A DNA stretch of 64,000 nt from Lingula anatina. Lineage: Eukaryota; Animalia; Brachiopoda. A program made the translations under genes and the position numbers. Of this stretch, positions 38,528 to 52,431 are shown one piece after another. The stretch's first letter is position 1. Each line of letters opens with the position of its first letter. The notes below the pieces were generated by a model. The model saw only the letters and a program-made list of their open reading frames with translations. It ran no database searches and was not told where the DNA came from. The stretch is taken from NCBI GenBank assembly GCA_051362555.1, contig CM120645.1, positions 19,902,001 to 19,966,000 on the forward strand, read 5' to 3'.

Positions 38528-41009
38528 GTTTTACTGAAAATATTTTCTAATGACCTATTTGGATTTTCAATTTTCTAAAAAATATTTTTAAAATAAGCTT
38601 TTAGGAGATGGAGATACGTTAACTTCTTGAAATGATTTTTAAAACCATGAAGTTACAAATTTTTCTGGAAACTTAAAGAGGAGTGATAAAATGTCGCCCA
38701 AACTTCTCTAATGCAATCAGTCCCATTAGCCTCGTCTTCTCTAACAAAATGTTTTGGGTTATGTATGAGAAATACACCAGTGTGCAAGGTGTGATAGAGC
38801 AGTTGAGCAGGAAGGGAACCTTTAAACATATAAGCTACATGTTTTTATCATGTCAATGCTTGTATTGTATTGTTTAATGTTATTGTGTTATATATATACC
38901 TGATAAATTGCAATTGTCCGCCTGCCGGTATAGGCCTATGCACGGTGCATGTAAACAAGGTATAAGATTTTCTTTGGCAATCCCTTGGGTATAAGATTTA
39001 AAAGTTGATATTTTTGCTGTAGATAGCACGTATTTGCATTATCACCGATGATTGGTAAAAAAAAACCACTGTGTGGTAAGAAAACCACTAAATTGTAGGG
39101 TTTCAGGGCCCTTTTTTTTAGATGCAATGCATTAAAAGGTGGAGAAGGCAACAACTTCATTTAGTCACTGTAATGCGAGTAGATACAACACGAAGGTATG
39201 TCATTACTTTCCCAAAGGAGGGAACTGAAGGAGTTCTTTGTGGGCAAAATCCAGGTCTGATTAAATTTTTTTCAACTGGTACAGGGGTACATGTAGTTGA
39301 GTAGTTCAAAAGAAAATGAGCAAATCCATGGCACACGAATTTTGCAGCTTTAATAATAAAGTGGGGCAGTAAATAATAGACGAGTACAGTACATACATAA
39401 ATGATTTTTAAAGCTTATTTATTTATTTATTTATTATTAATATTTTATTTTATTTATTTTTTATTTTATTTTATATTTTTAGTATTCTTATTAAATACTT
39501 TAAAGTACCCCTGCGTGTATTAATTCAGCAGTTTGTTGGGTACCTTCGCCGAAATTGGTAGAATAAAAAAAGCGCCACATCTACTTTCATACTTTCACAG
39601 ATTCATTCTCCATTCACAGCAGATTCGTAATTACGGATAGAATTCTCAATCTCCTCTAAAGGGGTAAACCTCTCCCTGCTTCTCTCGCTCTCTCTCTTTA
39701 AATACACACCGTCGAATATGTTCATTTGACTTAAGCAAACAACAGTAGGAACTGAAAGGCAACATTCCTCTACTCCCAATATTAGCCCAAATAATCATCT
39801 CCTCCACTTTGACAAATACTGAGTGATCAGCGTCGATATAATTAACCACCTGATGTGTGCGGCTCTCCTACTGGTCCACAGAGCGACAGATGTTCCGAGC
39901 TCTTTTCTTTGTTTACCTGGCGTGGGAAACCCCGTACGTACGCTGACTGCTAAAAATAGCCCAACGTTGTGGAGCGGTCGTTAGGCTGTTCGCGTCAATA
40001 ATATTGTTTTGACACAGTCTGACACTTGTTAAATCTTCTTGATACACTCTTCACATCTGTCTCCGCCGTGCTTTCTTGCTATCCCAAACATCCCAGGGTC
40101 AATATTTTTCTACTGATAACCAAATGTTATCGTTCATTTATGCCCTGCATCCCGTTTATTCTTTTTCTTAAACCTGGCTAGGGATACTTCAATCTGTTAA
40201 GTTTCAAAGACTGAGGCGGATTTGCCGCAAACATTGCCTGCTACTTTAGTTCTGGATTCTTTTTGCTAATAGCTGAGCTTTAATTTTGACATTAAAGTGA
40301 CAAAAAAGAACTGACGAAATTTTTGATGAAATAAGATCGTGCAGAGACTAGAATATTCAGTCTCACGACGTTTTTTTTTTTTTTTTTTCTACTCTGGCCA
40401 ATAATATGATCGTCATTGTAGTCAAAACGTGAGGCAAATTTAGTACATGTAGCCTTTCACGTAAACCTGCTCTCCCAGATTAATAGTTCACCGTGTGCCG
40501 TAAAAGAATTTAGCACAGGTGCGGAGACAAGGGAGCAATAGGCTTAGCGAGCGTGCAGTTTTTAACGACCACACAGCAGTGACGGCAACTCGCTAAGAAA
40601 ACCAAACAAGCACGAATAGAACGAATGCATGCCAGCATGCTTTGTGCGCTAAGAGTGCGTAACAGGCATAGAACTCGGGTCATCACTGAGATTACATTAT
40701 ACTCTCGTGCCCTCTGCCAGGGTCTGGTGACGCAATCACATCACTTGGCATATTCACAGCTTTACGTAATATGATATATTATAATTCTGGGTAAATAGCA
40801 CTTGTGAGGGTTTTAATTTGTTAATTGACTTGCCCTTGCCATAGATTTGCATATACCAGAATGCACGTGTGTATGTGTGATTGATATGTAAAAAATAATG
40901 TAGGAAAGAGCGTCTATGAACAAACCTGCACCTAAGATTGACATACGCGTATATTAAAAAGTTCCATCCAACCACATTTCTGAAAATACTTGTTATTATT
41001 ATTGTACCA

Positions 41010-41060
<51 letters not shown>

Positions 41061-41861
41061 TACGTTATCAGACTGTTGATTTCATTCCAAGTGAGCGAAA
41101 ATCTTCCTTTCGCCGGATGGCCACCGGGCGAGAGAAAATTGAGTGCCTTAGAACGGCAAATTAACCGCAGGTAGTTGTTACGTCTCATGAATTTATAAGC
41201 GAAGATCAAAGGCCATATTTTATTTCCGCACTTAATGATGCTAAGGACTGGCATGCGCAGTAGGTAATCCGCCGCTGACGGCTGCGCTGAGACTGGTACA
41301 CCGTAGTCTTCAACAATTTAGAATTGTATTTGTGCGGCACGGGCATAAGTGTAATTACACCCTATAATAAATTTGTCAAATTAAACGATGTCTGATAACA
41401 TGGTTTCATGAAAAAAATGGTTCCTCTAACTCTGTCTTAAGGAATCAGGGGTCAATTTAAAAAAAAAGAACCTCATAAACATGTATAAACAGAAGATTGG
41501 TGTTTACCTTTTTAAAAATATTTTTTAAAGATTTCTACGTAATTCTACATCTGACGTAAAATATAAAATGCACATTTTCCTAGCCTACTTTGACCAAAGA
41601 TATTAAAACAGTAGTAGTCCGTTTTAGATCAATAGCTACATGTACTTGATTTTAGTTTACCACTACCGATTTGCCCTAAATGGACGTGGATCAATTTTTT
41701 TTTCGTTTTACAGTTAAAGTGAATTTTGGTATTGACTGAAAGAAAATAAATAAATAAATAAATAAATAAGTAAATAAATAAATAAATAAATAAATGGAGA
41801 ACCACTATGATGGACCCCCCTCCTCCCAAAGCATCAAAGGTGGTGATGATGGTGGTGGTTG

Positions 41862-41893
<32 letters not shown>

Positions 41894-42892
41894 GAGCGAA
41901 AGCCAGTGTTGCTCTGCATAATTTCCTCTTAGAAAGCTATCCTAACATCTCAGTTATAGCCAGGCGCCCTTGGGCAATTTATTAGAAGAACGACACACAA
42001 CGACAGGAGAAAAGAGCTATTATTTAACATTGCACCTGACTTTGAAAGAAAATCACAGAGGAGATACAACAATGGGAAATTGCTGAAAGGGGTGCCACCC
42101 CGTTCAGACATGAGGTTCTGTGTGATAACGTCTACTTTCAATGTACTTTGATGTAATCAGTGATGCTCTTTCTTTCCATCGCTATTAGTGTCTATTTAAT
42201 GGTAGAGGCCATAATCTTGAGGCCCGGGGATTCGGAGTCAGGAAACCGGGCCTTCCATTTATTAGTTCGTGGCAGCTATTCAGAAAACTTGTAACTGATA
42301 AGAGGATCTCGTATAATCTAAAGGAGTATTCGGGAGAGTTAGGGCAGTGATTATTTAATTAATTGTCCCGAAAGTAGGACTCGCCTTGCAAAGGGTTACA
42401 ATGAATGAATGAAATAATGAATATTATACAGCCAATTATAGCACAGAGAAATTTTAGTGCCATAAGGACAGTCACAATGATACAAAATCTATCAAAATGA
42501 ATCATAATTACACCTTTAAAAAGATGTTCAGGATAGAGATCCGGTGTCAGCAAGTTGTTTTGAGATGCCGAATGATTATTTTTGCACTTGTTCGAATAAG
42601 CATTATGAAATGGACGAAAGATTGATGAAAGTTAACATTTAGCTTATTTTTGTCCGAGTAAGTTATCATAGCCATTCTCATAAATTTCACTGTGTCGATA
42701 CTGAGTAAAATCTTCAGTGATTTATTATGTAAATCCCCTTTACCAAGTGAAAGATTTTTATTTCAGATGTCTGACGTTAACACAATAGGGTCTAATGGCA
42801 GTTATGAATCGTTGTCATTTTTATTCTTAATGCTCCTCACAAATAATATCAAAATTTGAAAAATTGGAAGCAGATTTGTATGCATATCTCTC

Positions 42893-42937
<45 letters not shown>

Positions 42938-45160
42938 TTGTGGGGGGGATATGGAGGGAAAGGCCAAAACCATTAAAAAAACTGCGCTTAGTCACGCCCC
43001 TCTCCCCTGTTTCTTGCCCTCATGAATGGTATGGTTGAAAGAAATAGGAAAGGGGTGTGGCTAATCCCCCCCACCCACACACACACACACACACCACCAC
43101 CACCCAAGCTCCCACTCCTATGCACTTAATGATAATGATAAAAATAACATTATTTAAAACATTGAAACTAAAAGGTTGATGTTGTAAAGATAAATGAGTT
43201 CGAATAAAAATTATAAAATGTTTATATAGAACAAAGGATTTATATTAAGATCAAATTGAGTTCGAATTACAACACAAACCTTAAAAAAGATAAATAAATG
43301 AGGACTACTTTTTAAAAAAATCTGAGACATGTTGGAATTTAATTTTGGAATGCATGGAAGGCTAGTGATGCGTCTTGGAAGTTATCTTTCCATTACGCTA
43401 GAAATCTACGATCTGATAACCATCTGATAACCAAGGATCTGTTAGAGACACGACCTCGTTAACCTGCCTGCCAGTGGTCGTTTGCCTCATGTGGCAGGTA
43501 GACACAAAAGAAATGTCGTGAGTGGAGACTGCTTGCACACACGGATACCCGAATGGACGGAAATTCTGCAGTTATGACAGTAACATTACTTGTTTTACTT
43601 CTTTATGATTAACAAACACTCATGACAACACACATGATAGACCTAAACACACATGACAACGTAAAGATGCATTTGTTAAATTGCTGCAGTTTGTCTAAAT
43701 GAGAGAGATTTTTTGTCATATCTTTTTTATGATGTAGCTGTTTAAAAAGCCGTAGTTTACCTAAATGAGAAACCTTTTTGTCATATCTCTTTCGTTAAAA
43801 TACTTTTAAAATGTTTATAAGATCGCATATTATTGTTTAATAAACTAAACGTTTTTCTTCTGATCCCTTTGTTTAACTTAACACACACTCTACCAGTGCC
43901 GCGGGTTTATAATGTACACCTTTCTCCTACGCGAAAAAATTTCCATCAATTTATCCAGAGACATATCTGTGAATATTTAGTGGAAAATCAATCTGTGGCC
44001 TTCGTAGAGGATAAGTTTTAGAGGTTACTGGGACTTCTATCGGTGCTATTATCAGCGTTGAGACCTGAGTGGCAGGTAAGACACTACAGGCAGGAGGGGG
44101 GGGGGGGGGGTTGCGGGCAGACTCCTGGAGCCGGATTCAGAGAGGAACTTTAAACCCAAACTTCATGCCTGTATTTATTTGTCCACTTCAAATTAAATAT
44201 ATATATATCACTGAAATAGAGTAACTATTGGCCTGGTGTATGAGTCGTTTTTTTCTGATCTTTTCAAACAACAGTGGCAATATTTTATATTAGTGAAGTA
44301 CTACTACTACTACTGAAAATAAAAAAGAAATAAACTTTTAAAGTGGGTATTAAAGTGAAGACCAATTTTTTTTTTGACACCATGCGCTGTTCTTATCAAC
44401 GTTTTATGACACCATTGTGATTGTCGTAACAAGGCAGAGACGTGTGAAATATTGGGCTCAGAGCTGTCACTGACTGACAGCCACTGATAGAGAAAGTGCA
44501 TCGAGAAAGGTTCCCCCCCCTCGCCTTCCATTCCTCCTCCTTCACCTTGCTTGCAGATTAAAACACCGTATTGCATTTTAACGGTCTCCTGCCGTGCGAC
44601 AGAGGGATGTTATTATGTTATTATGTTATTCATTGTGTTCTCTGGGGTTACGTGTTTCGTGTCCGGGCAAGTGGTGTTACCTCAAATGTTCTGTGGTATA
44701 CTATCCAAGGCAATGTGTCTTGCGTCACACCCTCAAGGCCATCTCTCCGTCCAGGACGCGGACACTATTTACACCGTATTTAGACCCTATACATATTCAC
44801 TGATAACCTCAACGAGATATGATTGAAATGGGTATTCAGTTGATATTTTGTTTTGATTTTGCGCCGTAGCCCGTATGTTTAATGTATGTCAAATGCAATA
44901 GCAATTGCAAATAAGATAGAAATGCATTCATCTTTATAAAATCTGAAATGCATTCATATGAAATGTGTGGATAGAAAGATTTGATTATTTCTTTCTAGTA
45001 AAACTTGAAATGCAGGTAGATATTTTGATTGTATTTTCAGCTTTGAATAAAATCAAGCTCGCCATGTTTCTCTATGGAAACTGATGCCGGTTGACATTTT
45101 TAAATGTTTCGGTATCCAGGGTTGTTGTGTTTTACCAGGCACTGCCTCAAGAACCGGGGA

Positions 45161-45318
45161 AAAATATATAACTGAACATGTTTATGGAATAGGGATTAAC
45201 GAATCCATAGAAATATTTTATAACGGAATATGTTTTTGAAATAGAGATTAACGAATCCATAGAAATATATATAACTGAATTTGTTTATTAAGAAGGCACT
45301 AACGAATCCATAGAAATA
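45161..45318. repeat. ~52-bp minisatellite x3
   Basis: TAACGAATCCATAGAAATA repeated three times with similar spacers. Confidence 0.8.
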
Positions 45319-46793
45319 AGATAAACAACAGATTCTGTTGGGGTCCAATTTTGAAAAAAAAAAAGCCATACAAGGCTAGAGTCTGATTACTCTTGCCAAT
45401 ATTATTTACGACAGTTAATTGCAGTTTCTCCTTCATAAACAAAAAATATCCACCTGCAAGGTTAAAAAGGTACAGGTAAGCTTAGAACCGGGGGATGTTA
45501 TGTGAGGTAAACTTATTTGACGCAGTTACTGGAAGTTTACTGCACTGTACAGCTGAGTTTGGCACCAACGCAATAGCACCGTGAACTCACTCCACTCCAC
45601 TTCAAGTCCTTCACTCCAAGGATCGTTTTACGCTAAGCACCGGGTTATGTTGTGCCAAGGTTATATATACATACATGTAGAGTCAGGTATAAAATGTTCA
45701 CATCAGCACCTTAGGGACTGGGGTTTCATAGTTTTTCATATCTTTTTAATTAAGATGTCTGTGTAATTTATCCCGATGTTATTTATTAGTACATAATGCA
45801 CTAGATAAAAGTGCGAACTCGCACGCACACATGTGTGTCTCTGCATGGTTTGTGTGCGAGAGGGTTTATGTGTGTGTGTGTGTATGTGTGTGTGATACTG
45901 TGAGAAGGTATTGATCATCCAAAAAAAATTTTTTTTTCGGTGGTAGACTATTCTTTGTGTTCTTATATGTCCCTTTGTTGCCAAATCCTGTGCAATGCAT
46001 TTAATGAGACTGGCAGGATTGTTTTACATTTATAGGTTTGATAAAACTCGGGAAAGAGGTGTAAATTAGATGCAAAATAATTTCCGATGAGACTGACGTT
46101 ACAAAACATTTTCTATGAGGTCATTTGATATTGATAAAGAAATAAAGTCTGAAGCTGACGTCCAACAACCATATCTTTTAAATACCATGTCAGCTTAATG
46201 TAAATTCCAATTGCCAACCCTTATCTCGACCATGATGGTTGCTACATACAACGCATAACATGGCGAATGAATGCTTGCCTTCTTTCCGTGACCCAAGTCA
46301 TGTTTTCAATTTTCCAATCAACACTGCAAGAAAATTTCATTTAATTCAGAATATTTTCAACCGTCCAAGTTATAATTCTTAAGAAATATAGTTTATATTT
46401 AAACTGTCTTTCTGCCGACGGCCTCATAATATCTTTGCAACCGATTTGCGACACCTGCTGCAACACCCTGTTTTGAGGAAAAATCCCCTTTGTTTACTTT
46501 GTATTCAAGCGAATTGTTGATTCTAAAATTATCCCGTACGTCACTCGGGGCATAGAAAGCTAATATAATCGCTCGGTTTTTTAAAAACAAAGATTCGCCA
46601 GGAATAAAATTGAGAGAGGCTTTTCGTAATGGTAAATTGTCTGATCTTGTCATTTCATTGTTCACAATTTATGAATTATTAAGATTTATTTATGATTAAA
46701 TATTATACAAATTTATTAAACTTGTAGTACATTTTACGATTAAAACCCATTACCCGGCGTTCATATTGTTCTTTATTCTATGCCAACCCGCCT

Positions 46794-47154
46794 CCAAATA
46801 TGGCCTTTGAGTAATCGCGCGCTATGATTGGCCAGGTTTCATTGTTTACTGATTGACGTCACAGATAATTATGCATGACGTCAAATATTATTCCTGCTCA
46901 CTTTCGAGAAGGACGCCATAAAAGTTTGCAACGAAGAACGAAGTGGGCCATATTTTTGATCCTTTAGGCCTGAAAACAGCCAAAAACTGTGACAATTCCC
47001 ATCCAGCTAGTCTCAACACAGTGATCCGGACTAGTCAATATAGATTACTGCTCAAAAGAACGAACGGTGAGATATATCAGGGAAATTTTGTGATACGCGA
47101 CTACGGAAAAAAATCCCCACCTTGCGAAATATAAAGGCATCAGCTGGTGACTCA
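46794..47154 (+). promoter_or_regulatory. BTG promoter: CArG box, CCAAT, FOX site, two full CREs, TATA-like elements, kB-like sites, AP-1
   Basis: CCAAATATGG 46794-46803; ATTGG 46827-46831; TGTTTAC 46843-46849; TGACGTCA 46854-46861 and 46876-46883; CATAAAAG 46917-46924; GGGAAATTTT ~47080; TATAAAGG 47130-47137; TGACTCA 47148-47154. Confidence 0.65.
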
Positions 47155-47247
47155 CTGCCGTTTCATCAACTTAAATCCTTCCAGAACGGAATACCAGTTT
47201 CTTCCACTGAAGTCGCAACACTGCGAGAACATAAAAATAGCAACACG

Positions 47248-47889
47248 ATGAAAAATGAATTAGGATGTGCGGTGGACTTTCTCACAAACTTTGTCAGAAA
47301 AAATGCCGACGTAAGTACAAACCAGACCGAAGTCTTTAGCAGGACTTTATTGAAGCTCCTCAAAAACCACTATCAGAATCACTGGTTCCCAGCCAAACCC
47401 ACGAAAGGAAGTGCATACAGATGTATACGAATTAACGGCCAAATGGACCCTCTGGTACATCAAGCTGGGGCAGACTGCGAATTGACTGGTGAGAAATTAC
47501 GATCAGTGTTTCCAAGCGAGCTAACACTTTGGGTCGACCCCGGAGAGGTGTCGTACAGAATTGGAGAAGAAGGCAGCATTGGAGTTTGTTACGAGGAAGA
47601 AAAGCCTCAGGTAGAGTCACAACCGACAGCATCTCCCTCAGCGTCCCCTGTGCCAAACTCCACCGCGTCCCCCGCCAGATCCCCCATCCCCGAATTCCAG
47701 TCCCTCGCCATGGATTACTCCGGGAATTTCTACTCGCCAAACATGACATCGGGATGGGATACGTACGCACCGTGGTCTTGCAGGGACCAGTATAACCGCA
47801 ACTACTCAACCAGTTCCCCTCTCAACTTCAACATGGACTTCGCCAATAGTAGCTTCTCTCGCCAACTCGCCGGATTCGTGTCGAGTTGA
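47248..47889 (+). CDS. BTG1: BTG1/BTG2-like antiproliferative (BTG/Tob, APRO domain) protein, single exon, 213 aa
   Basis: MKNELGCAVDFLTNFV; box A HYQNHWFPAKPTKGSAYRCIRIN; box B FPSELTLWVDPGEVSYRIGE; box C-like EGSIGVCYEE; Ser/Pro-rich tail. First ATG is at 47248 (the ORF-track start at 47122 is TTG). Confidence 0.93.
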   Translation: MKNELGCAVDFLTNFVRKNADVSTNQTEVFSRTLLKLLKNHYQNHWFPAKPTKGSAYRCIRINGQMDPLVHQAGADCELTGEKLRSVFPSELTLWVDPGEVSYRIGEEGSIGVCYEEEKPQVESQPTASPSASPVPNSTASPARSPIPEFQSLAMDYSGNFYSPNMTSGWDTYAPWSCRDQYNRNYSTSSPLNFNMDFANSSFSRQLAGFVSS

Positions 47890-48565
47890 TTCCGATTTCT
47901 CGTACCGCCAAGCATTTTTGAAAAAGAAGGGTGAAAAACGGAATCGTCGAAGGACAAGAGCTACGCACATTACATAATCATGAATTGTTAAAACAGGTGA
48001 CTTTTTTCTCTCAGATATTCCATTTGAATGTGTTCACAAAGGACAGGACTTCATAGTTAATCAATCTGGGTTGAGCTACGGCCATAACTCGTGTTGCCAT
48101 GAACTTTGTCAACACGCAAAGGACCAAGGAATAAAACTTGACTGTTAAAGGTTCCAGTATTATAAACTTTGCAGCTTTATGAACTCACTATACAGATCAA
48201 CGCAATAATAATTCCGTATTGTTATTATGTATATCTTAATACAGTAACATTTCTTTTGTAGTTGTAACGTTTGTAAAAAGGTTGTAAAAATGTAAATTGT
48301 AAAGTTGTAAAGTGTATACTTATTTTTTCTGACAGTGTACAGGAATTTGAGATGGTGCAGATTTTAATGTTTTTTTTTCTCAGATTTTGATCTCCGGGTA
48401 TTACCAATAGGCTAATGCCGTCCGATAGTGTAGACCCGATCTCTTGCAATCATGTTACTATTATTGTTCTTATCTGTACAGATGTAAAAAGAGATTTTAA
48501 ACAAATGCTTATTTTTATCCGTCTGTACAGACGCCCTTATGAGAAAGAAAAAACTTGTTTTCTTT

Positions 48566-48598
48566 AATAAAAAAAAATGTGAAATTGTTATCAATAAA
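48566..48598 (+). terminator. Likely BTG polyadenylation signals
   Basis: AATAAA at ~48566 and ~48593 at the end of an AU-rich ~700-nt 3'UTR. Confidence 0.5.
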
Positions 48599-49198
48599 TA
48601 TCGTGCCTCATGGAGGTCTCCATTGCAAAGAAAATGAGATTTTCGTTTTGGTTTGTTTTTCGCCCTCGATAAAGCTTACTCGTACCCCATACAAAGTTAA
48701 AGGCGATTATGGTGAATTGAAACCATCTGAGCTTCAGTTGCACTGCGGAAGGCACCCTTTTTGTCGTGTCAGCCTAAACCACTCAATTTACAAGTAAGAG
48801 GGACTGCTACCCGTTGTAACCCAGGGTGTAAACAAGATAAAATCAGAACAGCTGTAAAGAAGTCTGATAGACATTTTTACCTGAGATGGTATAAGTTATC
48901 GCGTGATACAAATGCAAATTAACTTTGAAGTACTGAACGACATGCGAGACTGAAAACAATGGGTTCCATTCTTTCTCATCCGGGCCCGTCATTCACTGGT
49001 GTGCAATAGGTCTACACACAGAGATTAATGCCCTTCCAAAGCGTGTGCAATTTTTAGAACGTTTTCTCCAAATTGATCTCTTTTCTACCCTGATAAACCT
49101 ACGTCACTTCACCGAATTATGTGGGCGAATTGGATGTCTTGTGGATTAATTGGTCTGTTTGTTTCTTAGAATAAGAGAACGGAGGTGACATTTTCACA

Positions 49199-49266
<68 letters not shown>

Positions 49267-51610
49267 CCACTTCTATACAATTCATCATGAACTCACAGCG
49301 AATGTAGGCTTAAAAGGGTGGATTATTCCTGGCATCGTGAATTGTTGTTCTCACCTCGCATTTCCGCAGAAGCTTAAAATGGACGTCTGTGGTGAAGTTA
49401 AAAACAAGTCAGCAATGCTGATTTATTTAGTCGCATGCCGGTCTCCCACTGCGGGTAATATTGAATGAAAACGTGTTTTCGATTAAATAACAGCAAAAAA
49501 AAGGCTACTTAAGGTACTACCCAGGTTATAGTACATTAAAAGTGTCTTTTTTAACTTGACCAAAGACAGACCAAAAGCATACTATATTTAAAGGCTGAAA
49601 CAAAGTAGACTCAGGTGCTTTATGATTTAATTGTCTTTTTCTTTTTCTCAGAGGGATTATCCGACGTCGCAACTTATTTCGTTGATGACAAAGTTGATAA
49701 TAAGATTTTGCCACGGATCAATTAAAGCCAAACGGAACTTCTCCATGATATAAGCTAACTCGGGCAAATTCATATTGAACAAGCTGTGTAAATGATTGAG
49801 CGTTGGCAACAGATCTGTTTGATATTTGACTTCCCTCAAGAGTTACTATAGATCTAGACAAACTTCATTGATTACGGTTTCCTCCCCCGATACTTGAATA
49901 ATGAACACCGAAGTAATCAATTGAAAGTTCACAAGACCTCCAAATCTTAAGAACTATATGTATGGTGACTGGTGACTGTATGTGCCCATTAAAAAAGCAG
50001 TATGGCTGACATAGATCAGTTTTCTTTGGGCCCCAGTATGAATTAATGTTTTTTTTTCCTTTTAAAAGTTTTAAAAAGCATTAGCTTCCTTTAGCCCAAA
50101 GCTTTTAAAAAATCTTATGACGATGCTGTTTAATTTGTTCGACTGGTGCCTAAAATACCGACTTCCTCCTCATATTCAGACTTACTCATGAAGTTTTCTT
50201 GGCCGGGGGATAAATGTGTGTCAACCTTTGTCTATTCATCGTATTCAGACAGGGGATAATTTATGCTAATGTGATTGCTCCTCTCATCCATACGGGTGTC
50301 ACGTTCTCAGATCGTCACCGCCATCCGACCGCCGTGAGAGAAATTGATTGCAGTTTTAAATCATCATTATGGCTTGTTGTCTACGCCTTGTGATCGCAAT
50401 CGAAACATATGGTGATAAGTATTTGATCTGATATTAAATGGACTGAACCAAAGTTGAATTTTAAATAAAAGTGGATATTTTCCACGAAAGTTTTTACACA
50501 ACAGTGCCTCAATCGCCGTTTTACTTCCTTCAAATCAAACTTTCCTCAGTTTATATCATTATTAAATTCCATAAAGCAAGAGGGGTAACATACATTAAAT
50601 TTGAAATGAACTTCTCAATTTTTATTCTCTTTTGGCCGTCAAGAATATGTTGAGTGCGACGGTCTGGCCACAGAACGTTCGAGCCGCGCCACAACGGGAC
50701 GTCGATAGGGAAAACGATACAGGTAGCACACAGCATAGAGCACAGCAGCCTAGCGCTATTACCCAGCATAAATGGCCCAGCCCGTGGCAGGAGATAAATC
50801 GCGTAATCTGTCGATCTCGCCTTGTCACCGACAAACCAGTTCGTAGCATCTCTCTGTGCTTAATTACAGTCTCCAGGTGTATCACCTCGAGGACGCGATG
50901 GTCCTAATAACAACTTGCGGCAGATAAAGTTGTTAGGGGTTTAATTAAAGGAGGACCAGGTGGTCGCTATTAGCCATTAGTGGACTCGAAGAGGGAGGTT
51001 AAGTTACAGGTTTTGGAAGGGGTTTTGTTTGGTAGGTCCTTGTGTGGGCGGATCTGTGTGTGTGTGTGTGTGTGTGTGGGGGGGGGGGTGCTATGTTCTT
51101 TTTGATATAGTGTGTGTGTGCATGTGTGTGTGTGTGTGTACGCAGGCACACATGAATTGTTATGAATATATATTAAAAGTAAAACAACCCTCCCGCTCCC
51201 CTCCAAAAAATAAAAAAAGAGTAAAAAAAGTCACACACGTGTAACTGTTAAGTGTGGAGAAATAAGAATCCCGATAATATAAGGAGCAGAGCAAAAATTT
51301 ATTTATTTAAAAAAATTTGTTTGTTCTTGACAGAGAATATTTTTCTGCTGGCCTGGCGTATTTGCAGTCTTTAATATTTGTGAGCACTTTGAAACTCTAA
51401 TAGCAGTCGACTGAGGTTAACTGAAAGTGTATTATCACCAACAAGGTGGGGATATATCATGAGTCAAATCAGGTTAATACTAGTTAATGTGGCACCGCAT
51501 TAAATTGTAGGATAAATTAAGTTAATTGAGGAACTATACGAAAAAAGGACAACGCGTATTGGATTATTTGATCTTATTTAAAATGTGTGTGTGTGTGTGT
51601 TTGTGTGTGT

Positions 51611-51655
<45 letters not shown>

Positions 51656-52358
51656 AGAGGGAAAGAGGGATAGACCATGCTAATACCATGCTAGATCAAC
51701 ACTAAATAGCTCATGGCTTCATAATTTGTCTACCTAGTACGACTGTCTCGGCACATCACAATCTCGGTTTTTTGACACGTAAATAAAGTTGCCAAACCCG
51801 TTGCGGTATAAAACATATTAAAACCCCCACTAAACCGCGACTCATGACCAGGTACATGAACTGAGGAGCTGCGTACGTGCCGCGGCGCATTATCCAAACC
51901 ATATACTCTCGAAGCGGTACATAGGTCAGGCGGTATCTTGCTGAGAGAGGCTCGATCATGCTTTGTAAAAGTCGGTCAAGTTTCTCTCTCAGGTGTTTCA
52001 TATTTATCGGACATTGATTTGCGTTGCACGTGGCAGATAGCAAGTGAAGAAGGATTGTTTACCGAATTGGGCACGTGAGGAATTAGATAGGGCAGCGTAA
52101 ATCCATGTATTTACAGTACACCTAATTGGAGTTATAAATAAGAACATTGTTTATTTGCAAACGGTGGCGTTGTTTACTTGCAAAGTGCATGGTACATATG
52201 CCCTAGACCCTGTTTAACACGTTTCCTTCGTCGAAAAAACAAATAGTCTTAAATATATCTTGTGAAACGTATTTTTCCTTTAGTTAAAATGAATACTGGA
52301 GTAACTCCAATCAAATTTTCCGTCCTCAAAGTGTCCGAGTTTTACAGATTCTAGTTAA

Positions 52359-52431
<73 letters not shown>

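Noticed and set aside
38683-38877. ORF fragment YEKYTSVQGVIEQL resembling the C-terminus of CR1/L2 LINE ORF2
   Set aside because: Similarity too short and degenerate to call.
40543-40597. Hairpin CTTAGCGAG...CTCGCTAAG as a possible pre-miRNA
   Set aside because: Stem too short and loop too large; no match to conserved miRNAs I know.
47122-47247. 42-aa N-terminal extension of BTG in the ORF track
   Set aside because: Starts at TTG, overlaps a TATA box, and BTG/Tob proteins begin at the MKxE motif (ATG 47248).
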